This document shows, piece after piece, positions 18,823-28,427 of a stretch of 64,000 nt of DNA (position 1 is its first letter; every line of letters begins with the position of its first letter). Below the pieces are notes generated by a model. It was not told where the DNA came from and searched no databases. It saw nothing but the letters and a program-made list of their open reading frames with translations. This DNA comes from Clostridia bacterium (lineage in GTDB: Bacteria > Bacillota > Clostridia > Oscillospirales > CAG-272): NCBI GenBank assembly GCA_029007295.1, contig JAQXHN010000014.1:58813-122812 (forward strand). Reading direction: 5' to 3'. Made by a program: the position numbers and the translations under genes.

Positions 18823-18840
18823 TAAATATCAAAATGAAAA

Positions 18841-18865
18841 AGAGAAGCCTCGGCTTCTCTTTTTT
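18841..18865. terminator. bidirectional intrinsic terminator
   Basis: AGAGAAGC-CTCG-GCTTCTCT flanked by an A-run upstream and TTTTT downstream, between convergent genes. Confidence 0.75.
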
Positions 18866-18870
18866 AGCTT

Positions 18871-21156
18871 TTAAAGAATAATTCTGTTAAAATCGAGCTT
18901 TGCTTCCCTTGCGCAATTTGCGTCTCGGCTTTGGCTTGTGAACAATAAAATTTGCATACCGTCCTTTTCCATTTCGGACAGAATCATAAGTATTTTTGAA
19001 AGCCTTTCGTCGTCAATGCAGGCAAAGCTTTCGTCAAAAATCACAGGTGGCTTTTCACGGTTAAACAGTATTTCCGTCAGTGCAAAACGAAGAGATATAT
19101 AGGCGGTCTCTCTTGTGCCGAAGCTCATGTATTCAATGCCGTGATTCATTCCGTCGTTTGCGGTATATTCCATCTGAAGCTTGTCGCCTACGCCTATTGA
19201 CGTGTATCTGGAATCGGTAACTGCGGCGACGATTTCTCCCGCACGCCGTGAAAGACGCGGAGCTATTGAAGAACGCAAATCAGCCGCCGCGGCATTCAGA
19301 GCTTCATTTGCAAGAACGAGTGCCCGGTGCTGCTTTGTTGCCTTTTCGATATCTCTTGACAGACACAAAAGCGAATCTGCCAAAGCCGTAGGAGCTTCAA
19401 CGGTAGCATTAAGAATCGCAATCTCTTTTTCAAGCTGCTTTTCCTTTTCCTCAAGGAGCTCCGTTGAACAGGAGTAGAAGTCATACTGCTTCTTCGAGTT
19501 CTCGGTTTCCGATTCGTTAAAGCTTTCCTGTGCGTAAGGTCTTCCGTTTAGTATCTTCGTAATTTTCTCTGTTTCCTCATCGGACAGCCTTGTTCCCATT
19601 GTATCGCGTGCAAGAGCATATTTTTCGGCATTTCCGAGAAGCGATTCTTCTTTTGCCATTGTTTTTAACACAACGGAAACAGCTTCTCGGACGGTTTCTG
19701 CCCCGATAGGACGTATTGTGTTTTCCGTTTCCTCCTTCAATTCGGCAATTTCGCTTTCGAGAGAGGATATTTTTTCCCTGAACTCATGGCTCTTCGTTTG
19801 ATGCATTGTCATCAGAACATGACTGTAATTGAGCTTAGAAAGAATATCGTCAAGGTCGTCGCGGTCTTCGACGTCAAAGGCAAGTAAAATATCGCTTTCA
19901 ATCATATTCTGATTGCTTTTTGCAACGAACATAAGTATCATCACGGCAAAAAACGTAACGGCAACCGCACCCGAAATAATACCGGAAACGGATTTTGAGA
20001 ACGGGAGCCTTTCAAGAAATTTGTCTGCATAAGGGGTTGCAAATATCACTGCGGAAAACGCCCCGAAAATCAGTGAAATAACGAGGGATAAATATCCGAA
20101 AAAGGATAGGCGCTTTTTTGCTTTGTCGGCACGTAAAAGCGTATTGCGAATGCCGTCCTCTCCGCCGAACGAGGAAACCTTTTGAATTTGCGAGGAAATA
20201 AGCTGAACCTCATGAGCCTTTGAGTTGTGCTCTGCCAAATCGTAATTTGCCTTATTGTACTCCGACTCAAGCTCTGCCGAGCGCTTGTCGAGATCGTTCA
20301 GCTTGGAAATAAGCTCCTCCGACGGAATAAAGCCGTTTTGCTCCGTTTCCGATTTGAATTTTAAGTATTCCTCTCGGGCAAGATTGGCTTTTTCGTCTAA
20401 CTCGTTGTATTTGAGGATTTCACGGTATAGCTTTGCCGCATTATAATATTGGATTTTTTCGGACAAATCCTGAAGCTTAGTCCTGTTTTCAGCGATTTTT
20501 GCTCTTGTTTCGCGAAGCGTTCCTTCTTTTTCAATAAGAGCCGCATTGTCGCTTTTAGCTTTTTCCAAACGGACGTGAAGCTTGTCTCGCTCCGTACACA
20601 TATCGTAAATGGCGCCGCCCTTATGATTTTTATGCAAGAGGCGGACTCTTGCTTCGTCTAGCTTCTTTAGTGCTTTTTCGGTTCCGGTTGATTCGTCTCC
20701 GGAGAAAAGCATATTTTCTATTGCAGCGCTCAATTTTTCTCCGCCTATGTTTCCGGAATCTGCCTGTCCGACAAAAGCGCTTGCCGAGAAAACTCTCTCC
20801 GGTACGCCGAGGAACATATATCCGGGAGCCGTAATGCCGTTTTCCGTCATTCCGGTATTTAGATTTACGACCCTCAGTCTCTCGGGCGAGCCCTCTGTGT
20901 ATGTGCGGTCAATTCTGTATTTTCCGTTATTTACCGAAACAGTCATGGTTCCGGACGCGGTATTTGTCCCGAAGGAATAAAATCTCATTCTCTCGGCCTT
21001 GTCGGTAAATCCGTAGAGCATGAATTTAATAAATGCGGAAATTGTGGACTTACCGCTTTCGTTTTTACCCTCGATAATATTTATTCCGTTTTTTAAGTCA
21101 ATTACCGTGTTTGCCGTTCCCGAAAAGTTTATAATATTCAGCTTTTCAATAATCAT
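18871..21156 (-). CDS. YhaN-like Rad50/SbcC-family AAA ATPase with central transmembrane hairpin
   Basis: N-terminal Walker A (GKNESGKST), long heptad-rich middle, C-terminal signature/Walker B (PPVIFDESF). Two hydrophobic helices at aa 351-412. Confidence 0.75.
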   Translation of the reverse strand: MIIEKLNIINFSGTANTVIDLKNGINIIEGKNESGKSTISAFIKFMLYGFTDKAERMRFYSFGTNTASGTMTVSVNNGKYRIDRTYTEGSPERLRVVNLNTGMTENGITAPGYMFLGVPERVFSASAFVGQADSGNIGGEKLSAAIENMLFSGDESTGTEKALKKLDEARVRLLHKNHKGGAIYDMCTERDKLHVRLEKAKSDNAALIEKEGTLRETRAKIAENRTKLQDLSEKIQYYNAAKLYREILKYNELDEKANLAREEYLKFKSETEQNGFIPSEELISKLNDLDKRSAELESEYNKANYDLAEHNSKAHEVQLISSQIQKVSSFGGEDGIRNTLLRADKAKKRLSFFGYLSLVISLIFGAFSAVIFATPYADKFLERLPFSKSVSGIISGAVAVTFFAVMILMFVAKSNQNMIESDILLAFDVEDRDDLDDILSKLNYSHVLMTMHQTKSHEFREKISSLESEIAELKEETENTIRPIGAETVREAVSVVLKTMAKEESLLGNAEKYALARDTMGTRLSDEETEKITKILNGRPYAQESFNESETENSKKQYDFYSCSTELLEEKEKQLEKEIAILNATVEAPTALADSLLCLSRDIEKATKQHRALVLANEALNAAAADLRSSIAPRLSRRAGEIVAAVTDSRYTSIGVGDKLQMEYTANDGMNHGIEYMSFGTRETAYISLRFALTEILFNREKPPVIFDESFACIDDERLSKILMILSEMEKDGMQILLFTSQSRDANCAREAKLDFNRIIL

Positions 21157-21158
21157 AC

Positions 21159-22295
21159 TCAGACCTGCTTTCCGGAATCAAGATTTGAATTGAGCGCCGC
21201 CAGAGCGTATCGCAATGCCAATGCGGCGATTTCCCTGTCCTCCGGCGTTCCGCTTGTCAGCGAGGGCAGCAGTCTTTTAAACAGTGCTCCTCTGACCGTA
21301 GGGTCGTCCCTGAGCAGTTCGCAGTCGTAAAGAGGCAGTGTATTATCAGAGACGGAAAATGAAAATACAGGTCTTATCAGCCCCTTGAGCTGTTCCGATG
21401 AAAATTCCAAATCGGGTGAAACGTTGCCCTGTAAATCAACTCTCAGCATGGTGTCGTCTCCGTAGCCGTTTGCAATTATTACATCGTTAATCTGTCTTGC
21501 AAGCTCGGAAATATCTGTGCACCCGGTAACGTCAATTTTTTCTAAAGCGTACCTTCTTCTTGAAAAGCGCACGGGGTTTAAGTTTAAAAACACACCGTTC
21601 TCGTTTTTGTCGATTTCGCCAAAGAAGGCTCCCTTGTATCCGCATTCTCCGAAGTCTCTGCCTTCGAGGCAGCCGCTGTAGGCGTAAAAGGTTTGTCCGG
21701 CTTTTTTTATTTCACCGCCGTTGTGAACATGACCGAGCGCAACGTAGTCGAATCCCGAAGCGTAAATATCCCCCTCGTTAACGGGGGCATATTTTGAAAT
21801 CGGACTCATTAAATCGGCATGGGCGCACAAAATATTAATCCTGTCCGGATTGTCCGGGCGCAGGGAGGCTATGGGATTGCGCTCCATAAATTTTCCGCAA
21901 AAGGCATAGCCGTAGACGTCTGTGTTAAGGTCCGGAAAGGAAAACTTTGCCGGAGTTTCCGAAGAAAAAATATGTACATTTTCAGGGAAAACCGTTTTCC
22001 GGTATACTCCGTTTTCTGCGTAGGGGTCATGATTTCCGGGAGATATGACTATCTCGCACCGGCAGGCCCGTTCAAATTCCGACAAAACAAGAGAAACCGT
22101 TTCCTTCGTAGCATATTCATATTCAAAAAGATCGCCTGCAATCAGCAACAGCCGAACGTCCCTCTCGCGAACATATTTCATCATATCCGTAAAGGCCTCA
22201 CGCAGCTCGTTCTTTCTTGTTTGGGATATGCAGGAATCCTCAAGTGCAAAAGGGCTGTCGAGATGAATATCCGCAGTATGCAATATCTTAACCAT
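21159..22295 (-). CDS. YhaO-like Mre11/SbcD-family metallophosphoesterase (DNA repair exonuclease)
   Basis: MVKILHTADIHLD, LLIAGDLF, GNHD and GHVH calcineurin-like motifs. ATG at 22295 preferred (GGGGA RBS); the ORF track starts at 22316. Confidence 0.8.
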   Translation of the reverse strand: MVKILHTADIHLDSPFALEDSCISQTRKNELREAFTDMMKYVRERDVRLLLIAGDLFEYEYATKETVSLVLSEFERACRCEIVISPGNHDPYAENGVYRKTVFPENVHIFSSETPAKFSFPDLNTDVYGYAFCGKFMERNPIASLRPDNPDRINILCAHADLMSPISKYAPVNEGDIYASGFDYVALGHVHNGGEIKKAGQTFYAYSGCLEGRDFGECGYKGAFFGEIDKNENGVFLNLNPVRFSRRRYALEKIDVTGCTDISELARQINDVIIANGYGDDTMLRVDLQGNVSPDLEFSSEQLKGLIRPVFSFSVSDNTLPLYDCELLRDDPTVRGALFKRLLPSLTSGTPEDREIAALALRYALAALNSNLDSGKQV

Positions 22296-22368
22296 TTTGT
22301 TCCCCTTGATAAACATTCTGTAGTCTAAAATATATTATACCTTATCGCAATATTTTTTTCAATATTAT

Positions 22369-22397
22369 TTGAAAAAAATAAAAAAGTGTGGTACAAT
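22369..22397 (+). promoter_or_regulatory. sigma-A-like promoter with extended -10 (TTGAAA-17-TGgTACAAT)
   Basis: Read directly upstream of rbfA. Confidence 0.5.
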
Positions 22398-22426
22398 ATC
22401 TACAACAAAAAATTACGGAGAACAAT

Positions 22427-22810
22427 ATGTCAAATTACAGAAGAGACAGAATTAACGATTCTATGGCAAAGGAATTGACGGAGATACTTCGTTCCGTAAA
22501 GGATCCGAGAGTATCCTCTGCGTTCGTTTCCGTAACCGGGGTGGACTGTACGCCGGATTTAAAATACGCCAAGGTTTTTTATTCCTCTATCGGCGGCAAG
22601 GACGACGAAAAGGGAGTACAGAAGGGACTTGACAGTGCGGCGGGATATGTCAGAAAACAGCTTGCGATAAGGCTTGATTTGAGAAATACCCCGGAGCTTC
22701 GATTTGTACGGGACCGTTCAATGGAGCACGGCGCTCACATTATGGGCATACTCAAAAAGGTAGAAAACGAGCTTCGCGAGATAGATGAAAAGGAAAAAAA
22801 CGATGATTGA
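22427..22810 (+). CDS. rbfA: ribosome-binding factor A
   Basis: MSNYRRDRINDSMAKELTEILRSVKDPRV is the RbfA N-terminus. ATG at 22427 with GGAG RBS. Confidence 0.92.
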   Translation: MSNYRRDRINDSMAKELTEILRSVKDPRVSSAFVSVTGVDCTPDLKYAKVFYSSIGGKDDEKGVQKGLDSAAGYVRKQLAIRLDLRNTPELRFVRDRSMEHGAHIMGILKKVENELREIDEKEKNDD

Positions 22811-23771
22811 TTCTGAAATTTCCGTAGAAAAAGCGGCCGAGCTGTTAAAGAGCGGGAAAAAAATACTGATCTTCGTTCATTCGCACCCCGACGGAGACAC
22901 ACTCGGCTCCGCACTTGCTTTAAAAGAGGCTCTTTGCGAAAAGGAGGTTGTCATTGCATGCACGACGGCCGTTTCTGACCGGCTGTCGTTCCTTTTAGAG
23001 GGAGAAACTCAGCTTGTAATACCGGAGAATTTTGAACCGGATACGGTGGTTTCGGTCGATGTTGCCGAGCTTAATATGCTTGGGGATTATGAGCAAGCGT
23101 ACGGGGACAGAATTGATTTAAAAATAGACCATCACAAAACGGGCGAGCTGTTCGCCAAGCACAATCTTGTCAACGCAAATTCCGCCGCATGCGCTGAAAT
23201 TATATACGAGATAATTTCAGAAATGAACGCTCTTAACGACAAAACCGCATATTATCTTTACGTCGGAATTTCCACGGATACCGGATGCTTCAAATACGGT
23301 AATACCACGCCGCAAACTCATGCTATAGCGTCAAAGCTTACAAGGTTTGATTTCAATGCGGGAAAATTGAATTCAAGATTGTTTGATTCAAAGAGCAAGG
23401 GCGAAATAACCGCAATGAAGCTTGCGCTTAATACGATGCACTTTTACTGCGGCGGAAAGACGGCGATTGTTTCCTTTACAAACGAAATGAAGGAAAAAAA
23501 CTCGATAACAGATGATGATTTGCAGATAATAAAGTCCTTGCCCAGAGAGATAGAAGGAGTGCTTCTCGGAATTACGGTTAAAGAAAAGACCGGCGAGAAC
23601 GGAACCTTCAAGGTTTCAATGCGTACAGGCGGGGAGATTGACGCCTCTGCGCTCTGTTCTCTTTTCGGCGGAGGCGGTCACATGGGAGCTGCCGGCTGCG
23701 AATTGACTGCGGACAGCGCCGAAGAGGTCGAAAAAATGCTTATGGACGCAATAAAGGATTATTTAAAGTGA
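22803..23771 (+). CDS. nrnA: DHH/DHHA1 phosphoesterase (NrnA-type oligoribonuclease / pAp phosphatase)
   Basis: HSHPDGDTLGS, DHHKT and GGGGHMGAAG (DHHA1) motifs. Start overlaps the rbfA stop by 8 nt. Confidence 0.85.
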   Translation: MIDSEISVEKAAELLKSGKKILIFVHSHPDGDTLGSALALKEALCEKEVVIACTTAVSDRLSFLLEGETQLVIPENFEPDTVVSVDVAELNMLGDYEQAYGDRIDLKIDHHKTGELFAKHNLVNANSAACAEIIYEIISEMNALNDKTAYYLYVGISTDTGCFKYGNTTPQTHAIASKLTRFDFNAGKLNSRLFDSKSKGEITAMKLALNTMHFYCGGKTAIVSFTNEMKEKNSITDDDLQIIKSLPREIEGVLLGITVKEKTGENGTFKVSMRTGGEIDASALCSLFGGGGHMGAAGCELTADSAEEVEKMLMDAIKDYLK

Positions 23772-24691
23772 AAAACAGTCAACAAAGAATCGCTCCCGTA
23801 ACGGGCGGCGTGCTGACGGTCGACAAGCCGTCCGGCATGACGAGCCACGATGTTGTAAACGCCGTGAGGAGACTTTATCAGACAAAAAAAGTCGGCCATA
23901 CGGGAACGCTTGACCCAATGGCGACGGGCGTATTGTGCGTTCTTGTGGAAAGGGCGGCAAAGGCGGCGGAATATCTTGTTTCGGATGAGAAAATTTACGA
24001 AGCTACGCTTCGCTTGGGAATAAAAACAACAACCGACGATACCGAGGGCGAAATTACGGCTAAAAGCGACAACATCCCCTCGGAGGACGAGGTTCTGTCA
24101 GCCGTTGCGGAGTTTATCGGCAAGCAAAAGCAGATACCTCCCATGTATTCGGCGTTAAAAAAAGACGGAGTCAAGCTGATTGACCTTGCAAGAAGGGGAA
24201 TAGAAGTTGAAAGAGAAGCAAGAGATATAGAAATATTCTCCGTTTCGGCCGCAAAAATCAATGAAACCGATTATTCACTGTCGGTGCATTGCTCGAAGGG
24301 TACGTATATCCGCACACTGTGCGCCGATATAGGAGAAAAGCTCGGCTGCCACGGAGCAATGGCGTCATTGAGACGGATAAAAAGCGGCAGCTTCTCCATA
24401 GAAAATGCCGTTACACTTGAACAATTGGCTTCGGCAACGAAAGAAGAAAGGGTCGGTCTGCTTTTACCCTGCGAAGCTCTTTTTGAAGGCTGCGAAGCTG
24501 TAAAGCTCAATGATTTTTTTGCAAGACTCGCTCATTCGGGAAACGAGATATATCAGGAAAAAATTCATACGGATTTTGAATTAGGAAAGAGAATAAGACT
24601 GTACGATAAGGACGGCTTTTTTGCTCTCGGAGAGGTTATGCGATATTCCGAACGAACAGCGATAAAGCCTGTTAAATTTTTTAACATTTGA
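23768..24691 (+). CDS. truB: tRNA pseudouridine(55) synthase
   Basis: GVLTVDKPSGMTSHDVV...VGHTGTLDPMATGVL contains the catalytic Asp motif. GTGA overlap with the nrnA stop. Confidence 0.93.
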   Translation: MKNSQQRIAPVTGGVLTVDKPSGMTSHDVVNAVRRLYQTKKVGHTGTLDPMATGVLCVLVERAAKAAEYLVSDEKIYEATLRLGIKTTTDDTEGEITAKSDNIPSEDEVLSAVAEFIGKQKQIPPMYSALKKDGVKLIDLARRGIEVEREARDIEIFSVSAAKINETDYSLSVHCSKGTYIRTLCADIGEKLGCHGAMASLRRIKSGSFSIENAVTLEQLASATKEERVGLLLPCEALFEGCEAVKLNDFFARLAHSGNEIYQEKIHTDFELGKRIRLYDKDGFFALGEVMRYSERTAIKPVKFFNI

Positions 24692-24750
24692 TATATGGAA
24701 ACCGCAATACGCATAAGCTTGTCCGAAAAAGACGCTGAAGGTAAAGAAAA

Positions 24751-24794
24751 CCCTTTAAGGCAGGATGAAAACAGCCTGCGTAAAGGGGATTTTT
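24751..24794 (+). terminator. intrinsic terminator after truB
   Basis: CCCTTTAAGGCAGG...CCTGCGTAAAGGG long hairpin followed by GATTTTT. Confidence 0.65.
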
Positions 24795-24878
24795 CACTAT
24801 TCTACCGAAAAAAGAGCTAATGTAGAGTCTCTCTACCGAAACGCATACGAGCAGTAGAGGCGTTATTTTACAATTAGG

Positions 24879-24907
24879 TTGACCCGTAAATGCTTAATAA
24901 GTATAAT
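24879..24907 (+). promoter_or_regulatory. sigma-A-like promoter (TTGACC-17-TATAAT) of the GT8 operon
   Basis: Read directly. It would exclude the ORF-track start at 24890. Confidence 0.4.
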
Positions 24908-24928
24908 AATCAGCGAGGTGAGGCACTT

Positions 24929-25708
24929 TTGAATATAATGTTTTGCGGCGATTCAAATGCAAGGGAAGGGATTTTCTTATCCGCACTTTCCGTTTGCAAA
25001 AACACATCGCAGGATATAAATATTTATATACTAACGGCAAGTATAGACAAGTACAGAGCCATCAATCAGGACTTTGCCGACAAAATAATGCAAAACAGAC
25101 TTATAAAAAGGAAAAAGGGCGTCACGGTGACAATAATTGATATGACCGAGACTTTCGGCGCATATTTACCTCTTGCCAACATGGCGACTCGATTTACCCC
25201 TCTTTGTATGCTGCGGCTGTTTGCCGATACGGCGCCGCAGATTCCCGATAAAATTTTATATTTGGATGCCGATGTTATGTGCCGCAAAGATTTCGGCGAT
25301 ATGTATGACCTTGATATTTCACAATATGAAATTGCAGGTGTCCCCGACAGATACGGAAAGTGGTTTTTCGGCAATATTTTTAAACACAGCTACCTTAATT
25401 CCGGAGTTCTGCTGATGAATATGAAAAAGATTCGCCAAAGCGGTCTTTTTCAAAGGTGCCGTGAGCTATGCCGAGAAAAAAAGCTGTTTATGCCCGATCA
25501 GTCGGCGCTGAACAAGCTTGCCGAAAAGCGCAAAATTCCCTCTAAATATAATTCGCAGGGTAAAATAAAAGAGGATACCGTCTTCAAGCACTTTACAACC
25601 TATTTTAAATTTTTTCCGTATATACGGGCGGTTACCGTTAAACCGTGGCATACCGAAAAGCTTCACGACGAACTGAAAATCTACGAGTTTGACGATATTT
25701 TAGACTAA
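24929..25708 (+). CDS. glycosyltransferase family 8
   Basis: YLDADVMCRKD (DxD), YLNSGVLLMNMKKIR and MPDQSALN motifs. Start TTG 24929 or ATG 24938 after the GAGGTGAGG RBS. Confidence 0.8.
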   Translation: MNIMFCGDSNAREGIFLSALSVCKNTSQDINIYILTASIDKYRAINQDFADKIMQNRLIKRKKGVTVTIIDMTETFGAYLPLANMATRFTPLCMLRLFADTAPQIPDKILYLDADVMCRKDFGDMYDLDISQYEIAGVPDRYGKWFFGNIFKHSYLNSGVLLMNMKKIRQSGLFQRCRELCREKKLFMPDQSALNKLAEKRKIPSKYNSQGKIKEDTVFKHFTTYFKFFPYIRAVTVKPWHTEKLHDELKIYEFDDILD

Positions 25709-25727
25709 TACAAAAGGAGCGACAGCT

Positions 25728-26681
25728 ATGAATAGGGAGATCCCGATTTTTTTTACCATTGACAACAGCTATGCGCCGTTTTTGGCGACAGCTCTTAATT
25801 CCGCAATAAAAAATGCGTCCGAAGAACGGCAGTATCACGCCTTTGTATTGCACCGGGAATTAAGCGAAGAAAACGCGGTGCGGCTGAAGGCTCTCGAAAC
25901 CGATAATTTTACAATAGAGCCGGTGCCGATGAAAGCGAATTTTGACGCTCTCGACGACAGGCTGAGCAATCGTTTGCGGTGCGATTATTTCACGCTTACG
26001 ATTTACTTTCGCCTCTTTATCCCCGATATGTTTTTGCAATATGACAAGGGGATATACGTAGACAGCGACGTTGTCTTTACATCGGATATTGCAAAGCTGT
26101 TTGACATAGAAATAGGCGATAATTTAATCGGAGCATGCAATGATTTGTCTATTGCGGATATTCCGCCGCTTGTGTCGTATACCGAAAATGCAGTCGGGGT
26201 TAAAAAGCAGGAATATATAAATTCGGGTGTTCTTCTGATGAACCTTAAAGCAATGCGCAAATGTGATCTTGAGGGACATTTTCTGAATCTGCTAAACACC
26301 TATCATTTTGATACCATTGCGCCCGACCAGGATTATCTAAACGCAATTTGCAACGGCAGAATTTATTATCTTAACGAGTCGTGGAACGCCATGCCGAACG
26401 ATGCAAGACCTACGCTTGCCCATACCGATTTAATCCACTACAACCTTTTTTCAAAACCGTGGTGCTACGACGACGTTCAGTACGGCGATGAGTTTTGGAA
26501 ATATGCGCAGGAAAGCGGTTTTATTGATGAAATAAAGGCGTATAAAGCGAATTATTCGGACGAAAAGAAAAAAGCGGACAGCGATTGTCTCGAGCTTCTT
26601 ATTCGCAGAGGAACGGAAATTTCGGAAACCGAAGTAACATTTAAGAAGCTGTATCAAAAGGGAGTTAAAATCAGATTATGA
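25728..26681 (+). CDS. glycosyltransferase family 8
   Basis: IPIFFTIDNSY, YVDSDVVF (DxD), YINSGVLLMNLKAMR and APDQDYLN motifs. Confidence 0.85.
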   Translation: MNREIPIFFTIDNSYAPFLATALNSAIKNASEERQYHAFVLHRELSEENAVRLKALETDNFTIEPVPMKANFDALDDRLSNRLRCDYFTLTIYFRLFIPDMFLQYDKGIYVDSDVVFTSDIAKLFDIEIGDNLIGACNDLSIADIPPLVSYTENAVGVKKQEYINSGVLLMNLKAMRKCDLEGHFLNLLNTYHFDTIAPDQDYLNAICNGRIYYLNESWNAMPNDARPTLAHTDLIHYNLFSKPWCYDDVQYGDEFWKYAQESGFIDEIKAYKANYSDEKKKADSDCLELLIRRGTEISETEVTFKKLYQKGVKIRL

Positions 26682-27541
26682 TTATAGGCGAAAACCGAAG
26701 GGCTGTCATAGAAAATATCAAAGCCTTTGCCGAAAGCGGTGAATTTCATAATAAGGTTGAGCTAAACGACCCTGTTCTGAGCGCCGAGCAAAGCAGAATT
26801 ATAACGGAAAACTATATCAAAAAGAAAAACAGCGCCTCTTACAGAATAAAAAGCTCGCTCTGCGTTTTTATGGTTAAAGCTGTATCAAGAGTGATTAACA
26901 AAGATACCGAAATTGTCGGAATCGAAAAAATTCCGAGGGATCTGGGCGGCATGCTTATTACAAGCAACCATTTCAACCCCCTTGAAAATACCGTTATACG
27001 GCACTTGACCGACAAGCTCGGCAGAAAAGAGCTCGGCATAATAAGCCAGACATCGAATTTTGCGATGACGGGAATGCTCGGGTACATAATGAATTATGCC
27101 GATACAATACCCATATATGCCAATCCCCGCTACCTTGCCGGAGATTTTCTGTCCGTTATGAGGGAGCGGCTGGTGGATAAAAAACAACCTGTTCTTTTGT
27201 ATCCCGAACAGGAGATGTGGTTTAACTACCGCAAACCCCGTCCCCCTAAAAGCGGAGCGTATTTCTATGCGGCAAAGCTTAATGTGCCAATCGTTTCCTG
27301 CTTTGTGGAAATAGCTGATTTGGATAAGGACGATACAAACGAATTCAAAAAGGTAAAATACATCCTTCATGTTTTAAGCGTGCTTTATCCCGATCCGGAA
27401 AAATCTGTAAGGGAAAACACTAGGGAGCTGGGAGACTTGGATTACAGACTGAAAAAAACCTGTTATGAGACAGTTTACGGAAAGCCGTTAACATATAAAT
27501 TTGAAAATTCCGACATAGCGGGTTGGAAAGAAGCGTTATGA
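26678..27541 (+). CDS. PlsC-family (lysophospholipid) acyltransferase
   Basis: Block I-like SNHFNPLEN (HX4E variant) and block III-like LLYPEQEMW. ATGA overlap with the upstream GT8 gene. Confidence 0.65.
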   Translation: MIIGENRRAVIENIKAFAESGEFHNKVELNDPVLSAEQSRIITENYIKKKNSASYRIKSSLCVFMVKAVSRVINKDTEIVGIEKIPRDLGGMLITSNHFNPLENTVIRHLTDKLGRKELGIISQTSNFAMTGMLGYIMNYADTIPIYANPRYLAGDFLSVMRERLVDKKQPVLLYPEQEMWFNYRKPRPPKSGAYFYAAKLNVPIVSCFVEIADLDKDDTNEFKKVKYILHVLSVLYPDPEKSVRENTRELGDLDYRLKKTCYETVYGKPLTYKFENSDIAGWKEAL

Positions 27542-28293
27542 GGGAAATAAGATATTACGAATCATACGGCGATGATTTCGAGAAAAGCGCAAATCAAAAT
27601 TTTCAGCTCCCCGAAAATTACAAATGGGTGAGAAACGACCTTCTTTCTAAATTTCTGTCCGGACTTATTTACGGATTGGCGGTGAGCTTGGGCGGCGCAT
27701 ATTGCAGATTCTTTCTTCATGTGAGGGTAAAGGGAAGAGATAAGCTTAAAGGGCAAAAGGGCGGATTTTTCATATACGGCAATCACACACAGCCTATTGG
27801 AGATGTTTTTATTCCGGCTGTTTGTGCTTTGCCCAAAAGAATCTATACGGTGGTAGGCACTGCAAATTACGGTATTCCGGTCGTTGGGAAAATCTTGCCT
27901 TTTTTAGGAGCCCTGCCTATTGTCGATTCCTTACACGGAATCAAGGAGCTGAACAAAGCCGTGAAAAAACGAATCGAGGACAGGCACCCTGTTGTAATTT
28001 ATCCAGAAGCGCACGTTTGGGAATACTGTACCGAAATCAGACCTTTTCCCGATACCTCGTTCAGGTTTCCGGTAAAGCTTAATAAGCCTGCTTTTGCAAT
28101 GACTGTTACTTATAAAAAGTCAAAGCTTTTCAAAAAACCGACGGCGCAGGTATATCTTGACGGTCCTTTTTACCCGCAGGGCGACAGCGACAAAGAAAAA
28201 ACGAAAAATCTACACGAGGCCGTTGTCTTAGCAATGCAGGAGCGCAGTAAAAAAAGCGACTGTCAATATATCGTGTATAAAGCAAAGCAATAA
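27538..28293 (+). CDS. PlsC-family acyltransferase (second paralog)
   Basis: GNHTQPIGD and VIYPEAHVWEY blocks. ATG 27538 forms an ATGA overlap with the upstream stop. Confidence 0.65.
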   Translation: MREIRYYESYGDDFEKSANQNFQLPENYKWVRNDLLSKFLSGLIYGLAVSLGGAYCRFFLHVRVKGRDKLKGQKGGFFIYGNHTQPIGDVFIPAVCALPKRIYTVVGTANYGIPVVGKILPFLGALPIVDSLHGIKELNKAVKKRIEDRHPVVIYPEAHVWEYCTEIRPFPDTSFRFPVKLNKPAFAMTVTYKKSKLFKKPTAQVYLDGPFYPQGDSDKEKTKNLHEAVVLAMQERSKKSDCQYIVYKAKQ

Positions 28294-28313
28294 AATGTCA
28301 ACACTCGCTTTAA

Positions 28314-28354
28314 TAAAAAAATTCAGTACGGAGCAGTAACGTACTGAATTTTTC
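28314..28354. terminator. bidirectional intrinsic terminator
   Basis: AAAAAAA-ATTCAGTACG-GAGCAGTAA-CGTACTGAAT-TTTTC between convergent operons. Confidence 0.8.
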
Positions 28355-28427
28355 TTTTATTACAACCGTTTTTTAAATATCCAACGTGTTGCAAAGCGTT
28401 TACTGAGGGCTGAAGGTCCCAGCTTGA

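Noticed and set aside
18871-22316. Whether the nuclease/SMC-like ATPase pair is an anti-phage defence system (Lamassu/Gabija/Wadjet-like).
   Set aside because: The two-gene architecture, motifs and TM hairpin match the conserved chromosomal YhaO/YhaN pair. There are no additional defence-type effector genes, no mobile-element context and no compositional break.
22296-22345. A LexA (Cheo) box upstream of the yhaO-like gene, as expected from the SOS-regulated Bacillus operon.
   Set aside because: Only a degenerate GAACAAAATGGTT overlapping the start codon is present. There is no GAAC-N4-GTTC match.
24890-24928. Upstream ATG start for the first GT8 gene.
   Set aside because: It has no RBS, and it would overlap the -10 element of the best promoter candidate. 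GAGGTGAGG at 24915-24923 favours TTG 24929 or ATG 24938.
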